DNA of 40,649 nt from a virus (taxonomy: Duplodnaviria > Caudoviricetes): positions 1 to 40,649 of IMG/VR virus record IMGVR_UViG_3300015200_000006. One strand, written 5' to 3'. Shown piece by piece: positions 25,790 to 33,633 of this stretch (position 1 is the stretch's first letter; each line of letters starts with the position of its first letter). The notes below the pieces were generated by a model. That model did not search any database. It was not told the DNA's origin and was given only the letters and a program-made list of their open reading frames with translations. The position numbers and the translations under genes are program-made.

Positions 25790-26407
25790 TCAGATGTTTG
25801 CGAGCCTGCGCTGGGTCGCATAGAGCGGCGACAGCTCGGGACGGGCCGCAATCAGTTTCTTGATCGCGGCGTCGTCGATGCCAAGCTGCTTGTAGGTCGC
25901 GAGCATCAGATGGTCGCCCATCCCGGTTGCAACCTGCTTCTGCATCGCCACCAGTTCCGAGGTGATCTTGAGGCGGAAATCCATCCGTGCCTTTTCCTCG
26001 GCGGTCAGCTCCTCGGTGTCGACACTGTTCAATGCCTTGACCTTGCGGTTGGTCGAGATGGTGGCGTTGGCCTGCTTGTCATACATCGTCTGCGGCGAGG
26101 CCTCATCCATCAGGTGCTCGTAGAGCGACTGAACGACATAGGCGCCGTAGTCCTCTTTCTTAATATAGAACGGCGTGACCGCATCGACGCCGCCCTTGTT
26201 CAAGCGGTAGACGGTGGCGTTAATCATCTTGTCGTCATCGTCCTCGATGGCCAGCTGCGGCCCAAAGATCGGGTCGCGCTGGTAGCCATTCGTTCCGGCC
26301 AGAAGATCGGCCGCTGCCTTGAGAATTGCGGCGGTGTCGAGCTTGGTGCCAAGAACGAACTTGCCGATAAACTGATCGGCGGCAGGCTTGTACGCATTTC
26401 TGGCCAT
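25790..26407 (-). CDS. Hypothetical protein
   Basis: AGGAG RBS; co-directional with the ParB-like gene. Confidence 0.75.
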   Translation of the reverse strand: MARNAYKPAADQFIGKFVLGTKLDTAAILKAAADLLAGTNGYQRDPIFGPQLAIEDDDDKMINATVYRLNKGGVDAVTPFYIKKEDYGAYVVQSLYEHLMDEASPQTMYDKQANATISTNRKVKALNSVDTEELTAEEKARMDFRLKITSELVAMQKQVATGMGDHLMLATYKQLGIDDAAIKKLIAARPELSPLYATQRRLANI

Positions 26408-26432
26408 GATATTTTATCTCCTGTAAGATGGC

Positions 26433-27593
26433 CTACACGGTGCGGAAAGTTTTCCGCATTTGCTCGATTGACTTTGCGAGACTATCGAGCGTCCCCCCGA
26501 TATCGCCAAAGTTGACGTTACCGGGGGCTTCCTTCCAAAGTCTTTCCAACTTTAGACAGGAACTTAGGAGCGACCGTGCTGATGCGCGGGCGCAGCGAAC
26601 CTCGGCCTTGATTTGCAGGCCGACCTGTTGGGCGAGAAATTCTTGTTTCTCCTGTTCGTCGATATCGCGCTGCTGCTTGGCAGCTTCGCGCACGAACGTG
26701 TTCACGTAGGCTTTGATGAAGGGCGCGCCCTGCTGGCGCTTTTTGAATCCGGCATGCGTCTCGGCGACGATGGCCTCGGCCAGCTCCATCTGCGCATTGA
26801 CTGGAATGAACCGCTGCGCAGCCTCGGTGGTGATGGCTTCCTTGAAGGCGCTGAATTGATGATCGTTAGCGAAGATGGCGGCGCATTTCTCGTCCAGGAT
26901 GCGCTTGCGCGGCTTGGTCGCCTGGCGCTTGACCGTGATGGTCTTGCCATCGGTGGGCGTGTCATCCGCCTGCGTATGGGTCAGGGCGGCGTCGATGATG
27001 TCGTCGTATTTGCCGGACTGTTTCAGTGTCTCGATGGCGTCGCGCACCTCGCGCACATGGCGCGGCGAGGCCTTGGGATCGCCATGGCCGAGATAGCGAA
27101 TGACGGTGTTGTAGCCGACGCCAGCATCGGCATCTGGATCTTCGCGGCGCTTCAAGAGTCGACCGCGCGCAATGTCGATGGCGTGCTTAGTCTCGAATGC
27201 CCATTCAGGTACAATTGTGCCTGAACCCCCCAGCAGCCCGTAAATAATCCGCCTGGTGACCGCGGCGACGTCGTTCATGGCCGCCGCCGCATTGCCGCCG
27301 GACTGCGTGCCGTTCTCGGTCACCATGAGGTTGAGCATCTCGTCGTCATCGATCTCGCCGACCATGATGTCGATGGATTTCAATCCAGCTTCGCGGGCGG
27401 CGGTGATGCGATGCACGCCGCACCCGGCCTGGTAGCGGTCGGCAACGGGACGGGCTTTGATGCCGCCAAAAAATCCGTGGCGGTCAATCGATGTCATCAA
27501 CTCTTGGATATGGACCTTGTCGGTCGGAAACAGATTCAAGTCGCGCCAAGGGTTGTAATCAATCTTGGATAAAAGGACGCTGACGGTTTGCAT
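26433..27593 (-). CDS. ParB N-terminal domain protein
   Basis: NPWR...L..SI..HG...I.ARP...Y...CG.HR..AA...G...EN. Confidence 0.8.
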   Translation of the reverse strand: MQTVSVLLSKIDYNPWRDLNLFPTDKVHIQELMTSIDRHGFFGGIKARPVADRYQAGCGVHRITAAREAGLKSIDIMVGEIDDDEMLNLMVTENGTQSGGNAAAAMNDVAAVTRRIIYGLLGGSGTIVPEWAFETKHAIDIARGRLLKRREDPDADAGVGYNTVIRYLGHGDPKASPRHVREVRDAIETLKQSGKYDDIIDAALTHTQADDTPTDGKTITVKRQATKPRKRILDEKCAAIFANDHQFSAFKEAITTEAAQRFIPVNAQMELAEAIVAETHAGFKKRQQGAPFIKAYVNTFVREAAKQQRDIDEQEKQEFLAQQVGLQIKAEVRCARASARSLLSSCLKLERLWKEAPGNVNFGDIGGTLDSLAKSIEQMRKTFRTV

Positions 27594-27612
27594 GCTCGGT
27601 TCCTGGGGTTGC

Positions 27613-27694
27613 ATCAATTCCAGATTGACGGTAGCCTAACGCCCGAAACCGGCGGGCGTCAACTACAGATTAACGCTGTCAACTATGGATTAAC
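27613..27694. promoter_or_regulatory. Three operator-like boxes, RTCAA-N7-TTRAC, between divergent genes
   Basis: ATCAA-TTCCAGA-TTGAC (27613), GTCAA-CTACAGA-TTAAC (27658), GTCAA-CTATGGA-TTAAC (27678). Confidence 0.75.
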
Positions 27695-27704
27695 GGGATG
27701 CATT

Positions 27705-27935
27705 GTGGCGAAAAAGCATAGCGAGTTCCCCCCAGAGCGTGAGGCGCTGATGCGGGCCATCAAGGAAGCTGGCGGCTTGCGCGAGCTGGCAGAGCACCTC
27801 GGCATCAGCAAGCAAGCCGTGCATCAATGGAAGGACCGTATCCCGGCCGATTACATCGTTACGATTGAGCATGTGACTGGTGTGCTTCGGCAGGAGCTGC
27901 GGCCGGATCTGTATCAGGGCATGCGCAGGCGTTAG
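27705..27935 (+). CDS. Cro-like (YdaS-type) HTH repressor
   Basis: AGGLRELAEHLGISKQAVHQW..RIP......IE..TGV.RQELRPDLY; alternative start at 27750. Confidence 0.85.
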   Translation: MAKKHSEFPPEREALMRAIKEAGGLRELAEHLGISKQAVHQWKDRIPADYIVTIEHVTGVLRQELRPDLYQGMRRR

Positions 27936-28140
27936 TCTCCCTGGCTCGGCGCCAATCGGCACCGGCTTCCTTCGATACCATCCGGCGCCTGCCGACCTGC
28001 ATCTCGCGCGGAGCTTCGCCGCGCCTTTTCAGGACGTAATAGAACCCCTGCGAGATTCCGTGCGCGTCGCAGAATTCCTGGACGCTGTAAGCATCCATTG
28101 GTGCGCCCTTGGGCCGTCGTCGTTTGGGTCCTTTCGGCAT
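27859..28140 (-). CDS. AlpA/excisionase-like HTH, paralog A
   Basis: GAGGAGGAG RBS; AYSVQEFCDAHGIS..FYY.LK.RG.AP..M.VGRR. Confidence 0.8.
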   Translation of the reverse strand: MPKGPKRRRPKGAPMDAYSVQEFCDAHGISQGFYYVLKRRGEAPREMQVGRRRMVSKEAGADWRRARETNACACPDTDPAAAPAEAHQSHAQS

Positions 28141-28440
28141 CGTCTCCTCCTCGGTGCCGCAATAGGGCACATGCAGGTTCTTAAATGCGTTGGGGCGGCC
28201 CCGAAGGACCGCCCCTGTGACGCGCTACGCTTTGCCTTGCCTCGGTGGAACGTGGCCCGCTTTGGTTGGACGCTGGCCCCTGGCACTGACCCCGAAGGGC
28301 GCTCGCTCTCTGGCTCTGGTCGCTGCTGGCGCGGGATGCCGGCTCGCACGTTCCGGAGCAGAAGATTGCACAGCTCGGCGAGGGCGTCAATTACCGTAGT
28401 TTAGGTTAAATAAAGCCGGTGCATATCGGTATAGAAACAT

Positions 28441-28660
28441 GCAAACTGGACCTCGGACTGGATTTTTCGGCTAACTCATTGATATGACACGATGTCGATC
28501 ACCCTTGTAGGGGACATGACCATCATTTTCATCGTTCATGGGCGTGCAAGGGCATTAACCAGCGTATTGAATTTGCAGGCCTTTCGGTTCCAGTGTATGC
28601 AACCGCTTGGCCCCGCAGGAGAACGGTTTTGGGGGTGGACTGGAGCCGACTGGATGCGGG
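28441..28660. other. Candidate attP region
   Basis: Paired ACTGGA direct repeats (28445/28457 and 28639/28649) flank AT-rich tracts and a central dyad CCCT-TGT-AGGG; about 1 kb upstream of the integrase. Confidence 0.45.
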
Positions 28661-28684
28661 CCAAAATTAATTGGCTGGGGCCTA

Positions 28685-28748
28685 TTGACCCATAGGCCAT
28701 GATGGGCTATATATGTGGCATGCCGTTGACGCGGCCCAACCAAGGACC
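28685..28748 (+). promoter_or_regulatory. Shared promoter plus leader hairpin, copy 3
   Basis: TTGACC-N17-TATATA with CCCAT-N8-ATGGG; GCCG-TTGACG-CGGC; AACCAAGGACC. Confidence 0.75.
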
Positions 28749-28755
28749 TGGACCA

Positions 28756-29169
28756 ATGATGAGATACTTGTTGCTGGCGGCGGTCGCGGCGATGGCCTTA
28801 GCCACGCCGGTGATGGCCGGATCGGCGGGTAATACCCCCCAGCTTGAGCCGGGCAAGACAATCACCTTTCGCGATCCGCGCCCGCTTGTTGTGGGTTGTA
28901 CTGAGGTTGCCGATGCTAATCGCATCAAGCAGTTCAATCGGCAGAGCGATGAGTTTGCAAAGCGCGAGTTGGTCGACTGGCTCGGTCGCAGCAAGGGTGA
29001 GCGCACCTGCATCGTTCTTAATGCTTTGCCCGACACGAGTTGGAAGGTTGTCAAGCGAGTCGTGATGTCATATCGCTCTGCTTATGTCTGCTTTGCAGCG
29101 GAATTCGATTTCCGGCCTGTGAGCGAGCAAAAGCAGCCCGCGCCATGCCTCTGGCTTTTCATGTCATGA
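28756..29169 (+). CDS. Secreted protein
   Basis: Signal peptide MMRYLLLAAVAAMALATPVMA; several Cys. Confidence 0.7.
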   Translation: MMRYLLLAAVAAMALATPVMAGSAGNTPQLEPGKTITFRDPRPLVVGCTEVADANRIKQFNRQSDEFAKRELVDWLGRSKGERTCIVLNALPDTSWKVVKRVVMSYRSAYVCFAAEFDFRPVSEQKQPAPCLWLFMS

Positions 29170-29182
29170 CGAGGATGCACTG

Positions 29183-29602
29183 ATGAAACGCCTGTTGCTG
29201 ATCGCAGCTGCGGTGCTGGCCCTGGTGGGCCACGCCCATGGCCATGAGAGCAAGACCTACTGGCTCAACGGCAACGAGGTCATCGTTGCCACCTATTCGG
29301 ACGGCGTCATCGAGGTCCGCTTTCGCGGCACCGAGGATCGTAACGGCGCTCTGATATTCAACGGCGACGGCAAGAATTTCCAGGCCAATGGTTTCGTCAA
29401 TGGCGATGGTCGCTTTGGTCACCAGACTGGACGGCGCGGCTGCGATTATTGGTTCAATGCCAACCTTTATCGGGCTCCGGAAGGCTTGGTGATCTCGGCC
29501 AATAAATCCTGGGAGATGGCCAAATGCCGAGTCGTGCTGCGCGAGGTGCCGCTGGTGCATCCCAATCCAGGCATCGTTCCAAAGGACAGGAGTGAACCAT
29601 GA
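29183..29602 (+). CDS. Secreted protein
   Basis: Signal peptide MKRLLLIAAAVLALVGHAHG; beta-rich. Confidence 0.7.
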   Translation: MKRLLLIAAAVLALVGHAHGHESKTYWLNGNEVIVATYSDGVIEVRFRGTEDRNGALIFNGDGKNFQANGFVNGDGRFGHQTGRRGCDYWFNANLYRAPEGLVISANKSWEMAKCRVVLREVPLVHPNPGIVPKDRSEP

Positions 29603-30798
29603 CCAGCCTACAGACCAGAGACTCGCGGGTGCGGCTCGATCCGCAGCGCAAGCCTTACAAGGTGTCGCTCGACCGTGGGCTCACGCTCGGCTACCGCAAG
29701 CCGGTCGCAGGTCCAGGCGCGTGGGTGGTCATCGGCTCCGATGGTCAGGGCGGGCAATGGACCGACACGTTCGCGCAGGCCGACGATGAGGGGCCTGCGG
29801 ACGGTGTGGCCATCATGAGCTATGGCGAGGCCAGGCGCCGGGCCGAGGAGCTGGCCCGCGGCCGCGGCAATGCGGTGCTGGCGGCCTCTCGGCCGGTGAC
29901 CATCGACGAGGCGCTGACCAATTACGCCATCGACCTGGCGGCGCGTGGCGGGAATGTTGGCAATGCTCGGCATGTCCGGTTCCATCTGCCGGAGGCGCTG
30001 TTGCCGGAGCTGCTCTCGCGGGTGACCTCCAAGCAGCTCGCGGCCTGGCGGCTGGCCTTGCTGCAGGGCGGCATGAAGCCGGCGACCATGAACCGGCTGT
30101 TCAAGTCGGTGCATGCGGCGTTCAATCGTGAGGCCAAGCTCGACAAGCGCATCGCGGCCAATGCTTCGGAGTGGAAGGTCGGGCTCGAATTCATTGCCGG
30201 CGCCAACACCGCACGTAAGGCCTTGCTCGGTGATGCCCAGGTGCGGGCGCTGGTGGCAGCGGCCTATGACCTCGGCGAGGCCTTTGGGGTCTACATCCAG
30301 GCCCACGCCGAACTCGGCTCGCGCTCGGATCAGATTGCCCGCATCACGGTGGCCGACGTCGAAGGTGATGCGGTCATGGTGCCGAACTCGGGCAAGGGCC
30401 GCGGCAAGCACAAGTCGCGCACCGGTGCCACGGCGGTGGCGCTGACTGCTGGGCTGACGAAGCGGTTCAATGAGCTGGCGGACGGCCGCGGGCCGGATGA
30501 GCTGCTGCTGGCGCCGTTCACAGGGAGTCAGGTGCGCTCAATGTTCATGCGCGTGGTGACGGCGGCGCAGGTTCCGGAGGGAACAACGCCGATTGCCTTT
30601 CGGCATTCGTCTATCGTGCGGGCGCTGCGGGCCAATGTTCCAATCAAGACCGTGGCCGACTGGCACAACACCTCGGTGCGGATGATCGAAACCAACTACG
30701 CCCGCTACATGCGCAACACCCACCATGACCTCATTCGTCCAGCGCTGTTGAACACGGCGCCCGGTGAGAACGTGGTGGCTCTGGCGAGGCGCGCATGA
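29599..30798 (+). CDS. int: Tyrosine recombinase / integrase with N-terminal arm-binding domain
   Basis: LGYRK..GAWVV arm domain; LGSRSDQ (R), SGKG (K), IAFRHS, WHNTS, ETNY (Tyr). Confidence 0.88.
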   Translation: MTSLQTRDSRVRLDPQRKPYKVSLDRGLTLGYRKPVAGPGAWVVIGSDGQGGQWTDTFAQADDEGPADGVAIMSYGEARRRAEELARGRGNAVLAASRPVTIDEALTNYAIDLAARGGNVGNARHVRFHLPEALLPELLSRVTSKQLAAWRLALLQGGMKPATMNRLFKSVHAAFNREAKLDKRIAANASEWKVGLEFIAGANTARKALLGDAQVRALVAAAYDLGEAFGVYIQAHAELGSRSDQIARITVADVEGDAVMVPNSGKGRGKHKSRTGATAVALTAGLTKRFNELADGRGPDELLLAPFTGSQVRSMFMRVVTAAQVPEGTTPIAFRHSSIVRALRANVPIKTVADWHNTSVRMIETNYARYMRNTHHDLIRPALLNTAPGENVVALARRA

Positions 30799-31070
30799 CG
30801 ATGCGATTGCGGCTGCTGTGGGCGCTCGATGACGACGGCAGCTTTAACTGTACGTGGGAAGGTATCGTCCTGGCCTGGATGACAGAACGACCGCGCTACT
30901 GTGACCGTGGCCATTGGCAGGTGAAAAGCACTCTGGCGGGCCTCGACCATGCCGATGGATTTCCGCGCTACTACATGCAGCGCGAGGTGGCGATCCAGGA
31001 AACCGAACGCTGGCTGAATTGGCGGCTGCTGAAAATTCGCGGCGAGCGCTATGTCGAGTTGGACGAATGA
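30795..31070 (+). CDS. Hypothetical protein
   Basis: RP.YCDRGHW...DGFPRYY; ATGA-coupled to int. Confidence 0.7.
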   Translation: MTMRLRLLWALDDDGSFNCTWEGIVLAWMTERPRYCDRGHWQVKSTLAGLDHADGFPRYYMQREVAIQETERWLNWRLLKIRGERYVELDE

Positions 31071-31252
31071 AAAGCTCTTACTCGTCTGACGGACCGAAGT
31101 GCCCGAAGTGCGGTTTCACGTTCACGCCGGATGAAGGCGTCTACTACGACGAGCTGCGCTACACCGAGGATGAATGCCAAGAATGCAAATGCAAGTTCAA
31201 GGTTGAGGTACACAACAGTACGACATGGCGATGTGTTGAGCTGGACGAATGA
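31067..31252 (+). CDS. Small zinc-ribbon protein
   Basis: CPKC...CQEC. Confidence 0.7.
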   Translation: MKSSYSSDGPKCPKCGFTFTPDEGVYYDELRYTEDECQECKCKFKVEVHNSTTWRCVELDE

Positions 31253-31362
31253 AACCGCTGCACGAATATCCGCCGTGGGTGCCGGTCTGCATCGGCCTGG
31301 TGCTCGGTGCGCTGATCTTCGGCGCCGGCATGTGGGTGGGATGGGAGCTGATACAGCGATGA
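31249..31362 (+). CDS. 37-aa membrane peptide
   Basis: MKPLHEYPPWVPVCIGLVLGALIFGAGMWVGWELIQR; ATGA-coupled. Confidence 0.5.
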   Translation: MKPLHEYPPWVPVCIGLVLGALIFGAGMWVGWELIQR

Positions 31363-31463
31363 CCAGGCAGACCCTGCTCGCGCTCTGGGTGGTCGGCTGG
31401 ACGCTGATGGTGGCGGCCGCGCTCGCGCTCATCATCACCGTGGTGGCCTGGTTCGCACTGTAG
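31359..31463 (+). CDS. 34-aa membrane peptide
   Basis: MTRQTLLALWVVGWTLMVAAALALIITVVAWFAL; ATGA-coupled. Confidence 0.5.
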   Translation: MTRQTLLALWVVGWTLMVAAALALIITVVAWFAL

Positions 31464-31519
31464 TACCGCCGGGTTCCTCCCCGCTCTCCACAACCTCGAT
31501 ATACAATCTTGCCAAGTTC

Positions 31520-31553
31520 AAGGCGATGCACCGTAATGGTGTGTCGCCTTTCT
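31520..31553 (+). terminator. Hairpin terminator after the int operon
   Basis: AAGGCGATGCACC-GTAAT-GGTGTGTCGCCTT-TCT. Confidence 0.6.
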
Positions 31554-31595
31554 GAGTCTATGGCGGCGGCGATCAAATTCTACCAGGGGCCATCC

Positions 31596-31805
31596 ATGCC
31601 AAAAGGAAAAGCGCGGCGGCGCTCGACTACGACTCCAATTGCTGCATATACGCTCAAGGAATTCTGCGACGCTCACGGTTTCTCAATCGGCTTTTACTAC
31701 GTGTTAAAGAAGCGCAAGCAAGCTCCCAAAGAAATGAAGGTCGGGCGCCGTGTGCTGATTTCGGCGGAAGCAGCGGCGGCCTGGCGCGCCGCGCACGAGG
31801 GATAG
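31596..31805 (+). CDS. AlpA/excisionase-like HTH, paralog B
   Basis: MPKG...AYTLKEFCDAHGFS..FYYVLK....PKEMKVGRR. Confidence 0.8.
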   Translation: MPKGKARRRSTTTPIAAYTLKEFCDAHGFSIGFYYVLKKRKQAPKEMKVGRRVLISAEAAAAWRAAHEG

Positions 31806-31988
31806 CGGGGATTTTTTCGGGTTCCTATTGCCTGATCCGTGTGCTCGGGCGCATGGTGGGCTTCGTGACAGCGACGTGAACGGGCGGCGGTTTCGTTCAC
31901 GAAGGCCCGAAATTCAAAAACGTCATTTTTGCGTATCCCAACCCGCGCAACGGGCCGCTGTGCTCGTTCGCTACCAGGGACAATCCAC

Positions 31989-32390
31989 ATGCGTGAAGGC
32001 AGCAATGGATTCGACCCGGTCGAGCTGCGTTCGTATCTCGCCGAGATCGACACTGAACACGATGAGCTGGACAGCCTGCTTGGATCCTATCGCGAGAGCT
32101 GCAAAGGCCCGCGCGGTCGCATCGCCAGCATCAAGGCCAAGGTGAAAAAGAACGGCGTCAATTCACTGGCGTTCAATGAGCTGGTGCAGAAGCGCCAGGC
32201 CGAACGTCGGCACAAGAAAAGATTGGCCGCGCTCGATTTGGCCGACAAGGCCGATTTCGACGAGATGGAGGAGGCGCTCGGCGATTTCAAGGACACGCCG
32301 CTCGGTGCGGCGGCGATGGAGCGCAAGTCGGACGAGGTCGCGCTCAATCGTGTCGGACGCGGAGCGGAGGCGGCGCTCGACACTCTCTAA
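31989..32390 (+). CDS. GapR/DUF2312-like DNA-binding protein
   Basis: ELRSYLAEI....I..IK...K.NG....F...V..R......ALG...TPLG resembles phage GapR-like proteins. Confidence 0.5.
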   Translation: MREGSNGFDPVELRSYLAEIDTEHDELDSLLGSYRESCKGPRGRIASIKAKVKKNGVNSLAFNELVQKRQAERRHKKRLAALDLADKADFDEMEEALGDFKDTPLGAAAMERKSDEVALNRVGRGAEAALDTL

Positions 32391-32405
32391 GCCTGCGAGG
32401 GTGTC

Positions 32406-33032
32406 ATGCTCGATCACAGCTGCCAGGTTCAACGCGCGCCGCTGTCTGAACATCGCGGCGATTGCTACGACACGCCGCCGGTGGCGGTGCATGAGCTGCT
32501 CAAGGTTGAGCAGTTACCGCATTGCATTTGGGAACCGGCATGTGGCACCGGCAACATCGTCAAGGTGCTGCGGGCCATAGGTCATGAGGTCATTGCTACC
32601 GATCTGAATAATCGCGGTTGTCCTGACAGTCTTGACCGCATTGATTTCTTGTTGCCGTGCAAGGTCGAGAGCGACGCCATCTTGACCAATCCACCATTCT
32701 CGCTGGCCGAAAAGTTTGTTGCTACGGCGCTGGAACGTGCGCCGGTGGTCATCATGCTGCTGCGCCTGGCATTTTATGAGAGCAGTCGGCGCTCGCATAT
32801 TCTCGATAACGGCAAGCTCGCGCGCATTCACGTATTCGCCAAGCGTCTACCGATGATGCACCGCGCAGGATGGGAGGGCCGCAAGGCCAACTCGGGCATG
32901 GCGTTCGCCTGGTTCGTCTGGGACCAGGCGCATCATGGGCCAGCGACCATTGATCGTATCAATGTGCCTAAAAAAATTTTCCCCGCAGAAGAAATGTCGG
33001 AAATCCCACCTAACGAGGAGGCCGCGGAATGA
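32406..33032 (+). CDS. DNA amino-methyltransferase (likely N6-adenine)
   Basis: Motif I WEPACGTG, motif IV TNPPF, Y.TP, AWFVW. Confidence 0.88.
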   Translation: MLDHSCQVQRAPLSEHRGDCYDTPPVAVHELLKVEQLPHCIWEPACGTGNIVKVLRAIGHEVIATDLNNRGCPDSLDRIDFLLPCKVESDAILTNPPFSLAEKFVATALERAPVVIMLLRLAFYESSRRSHILDNGKLARIHVFAKRLPMMHRAGWEGRKANSGMAFAWFVWDQAHHGPATIDRINVPKKIFPAEEMSEIPPNEEAAE

Positions 33033-33361
33033 GCGAGGACATCACCCGCAATTACCATGGTGGCAATCCGCAAAGCGTCGAGGCCAACAAGCGCACCCGC
33101 AAATCGCAGGATCGTGCGCGGGTGCTGCAACATATCTGGTCCTGCGGGCGCTCTGGCTGCACCTGCTACGAGGCCGAGATCGCGCTCGGCATGCGCCATC
33201 AAACCTGCTCGGCGCGGTTCTCCGACCTGAAAAATGATGGAGTGATTATCGGTACCGGACACACTCGGCCGACCGACACCGGAAGCCCGGCAGAGGTTTG
33301 TATTTTGGCCCGGCCGATCGAAACGCCTGCGGTGACGCAGGCAGAATTGCCGTTGACGTGA
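33029..33361 (+). CDS. Winged-HTH protein
   Basis: G.TCYEAEIALGMRHQTCSARFSDLK..G.I..TG..RPT. Confidence 0.75.
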   Translation: MSEDITRNYHGGNPQSVEANKRTRKSQDRARVLQHIWSCGRSGCTCYEAEIALGMRHQTCSARFSDLKNDGVIIGTGHTRPTDTGSPAEVCILARPIETPAVTQAELPLT

Positions 33362-33621
33362 TGACCGAGCCCACACCTGCGCAGGCGCGCGCCTATCGGC
33401 TGCGCATCCGTGAGCAGATCCGCGAGCGCAATCATGAGCGGCCCCGTTGCGCCGGCTGTGGCTGCGACATGCTCAAGTTCGACCAGGACGATTTTGTCAC
33501 CCCCGAGATGATGGCGCACCCCGATTACAGCTACCTCGGCTACCTCGATTACCGCGCCGGTGACCTGATTTGTTTCTGGTGCATCAGGGGCGCATTCGAG
33601 GGCGCCGGTCGGCGATATTGA
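33361..33621 (+). CDS. Cys-containing hypothetical protein
   Basis: CAGC...CFWC; TGATG coupling. Confidence 0.6.
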   Translation: MTEPTPAQARAYRLRIREQIRERNHERPRCAGCGCDMLKFDQDDFVTPEMMAHPDYSYLGYLDYRAGDLICFWCIRGAFEGAGRRY

Positions 33622-33633
33622 GGAAGGGCACGC

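Noticed and set aside
28384-28411. dif-like site (TTAGGTTAAAT resembles a XerD arm)
   Set aside because: The matching XerC arm lacks the ATAA end, and the phage has its own integrase; likely chance in an AT-rich tract.
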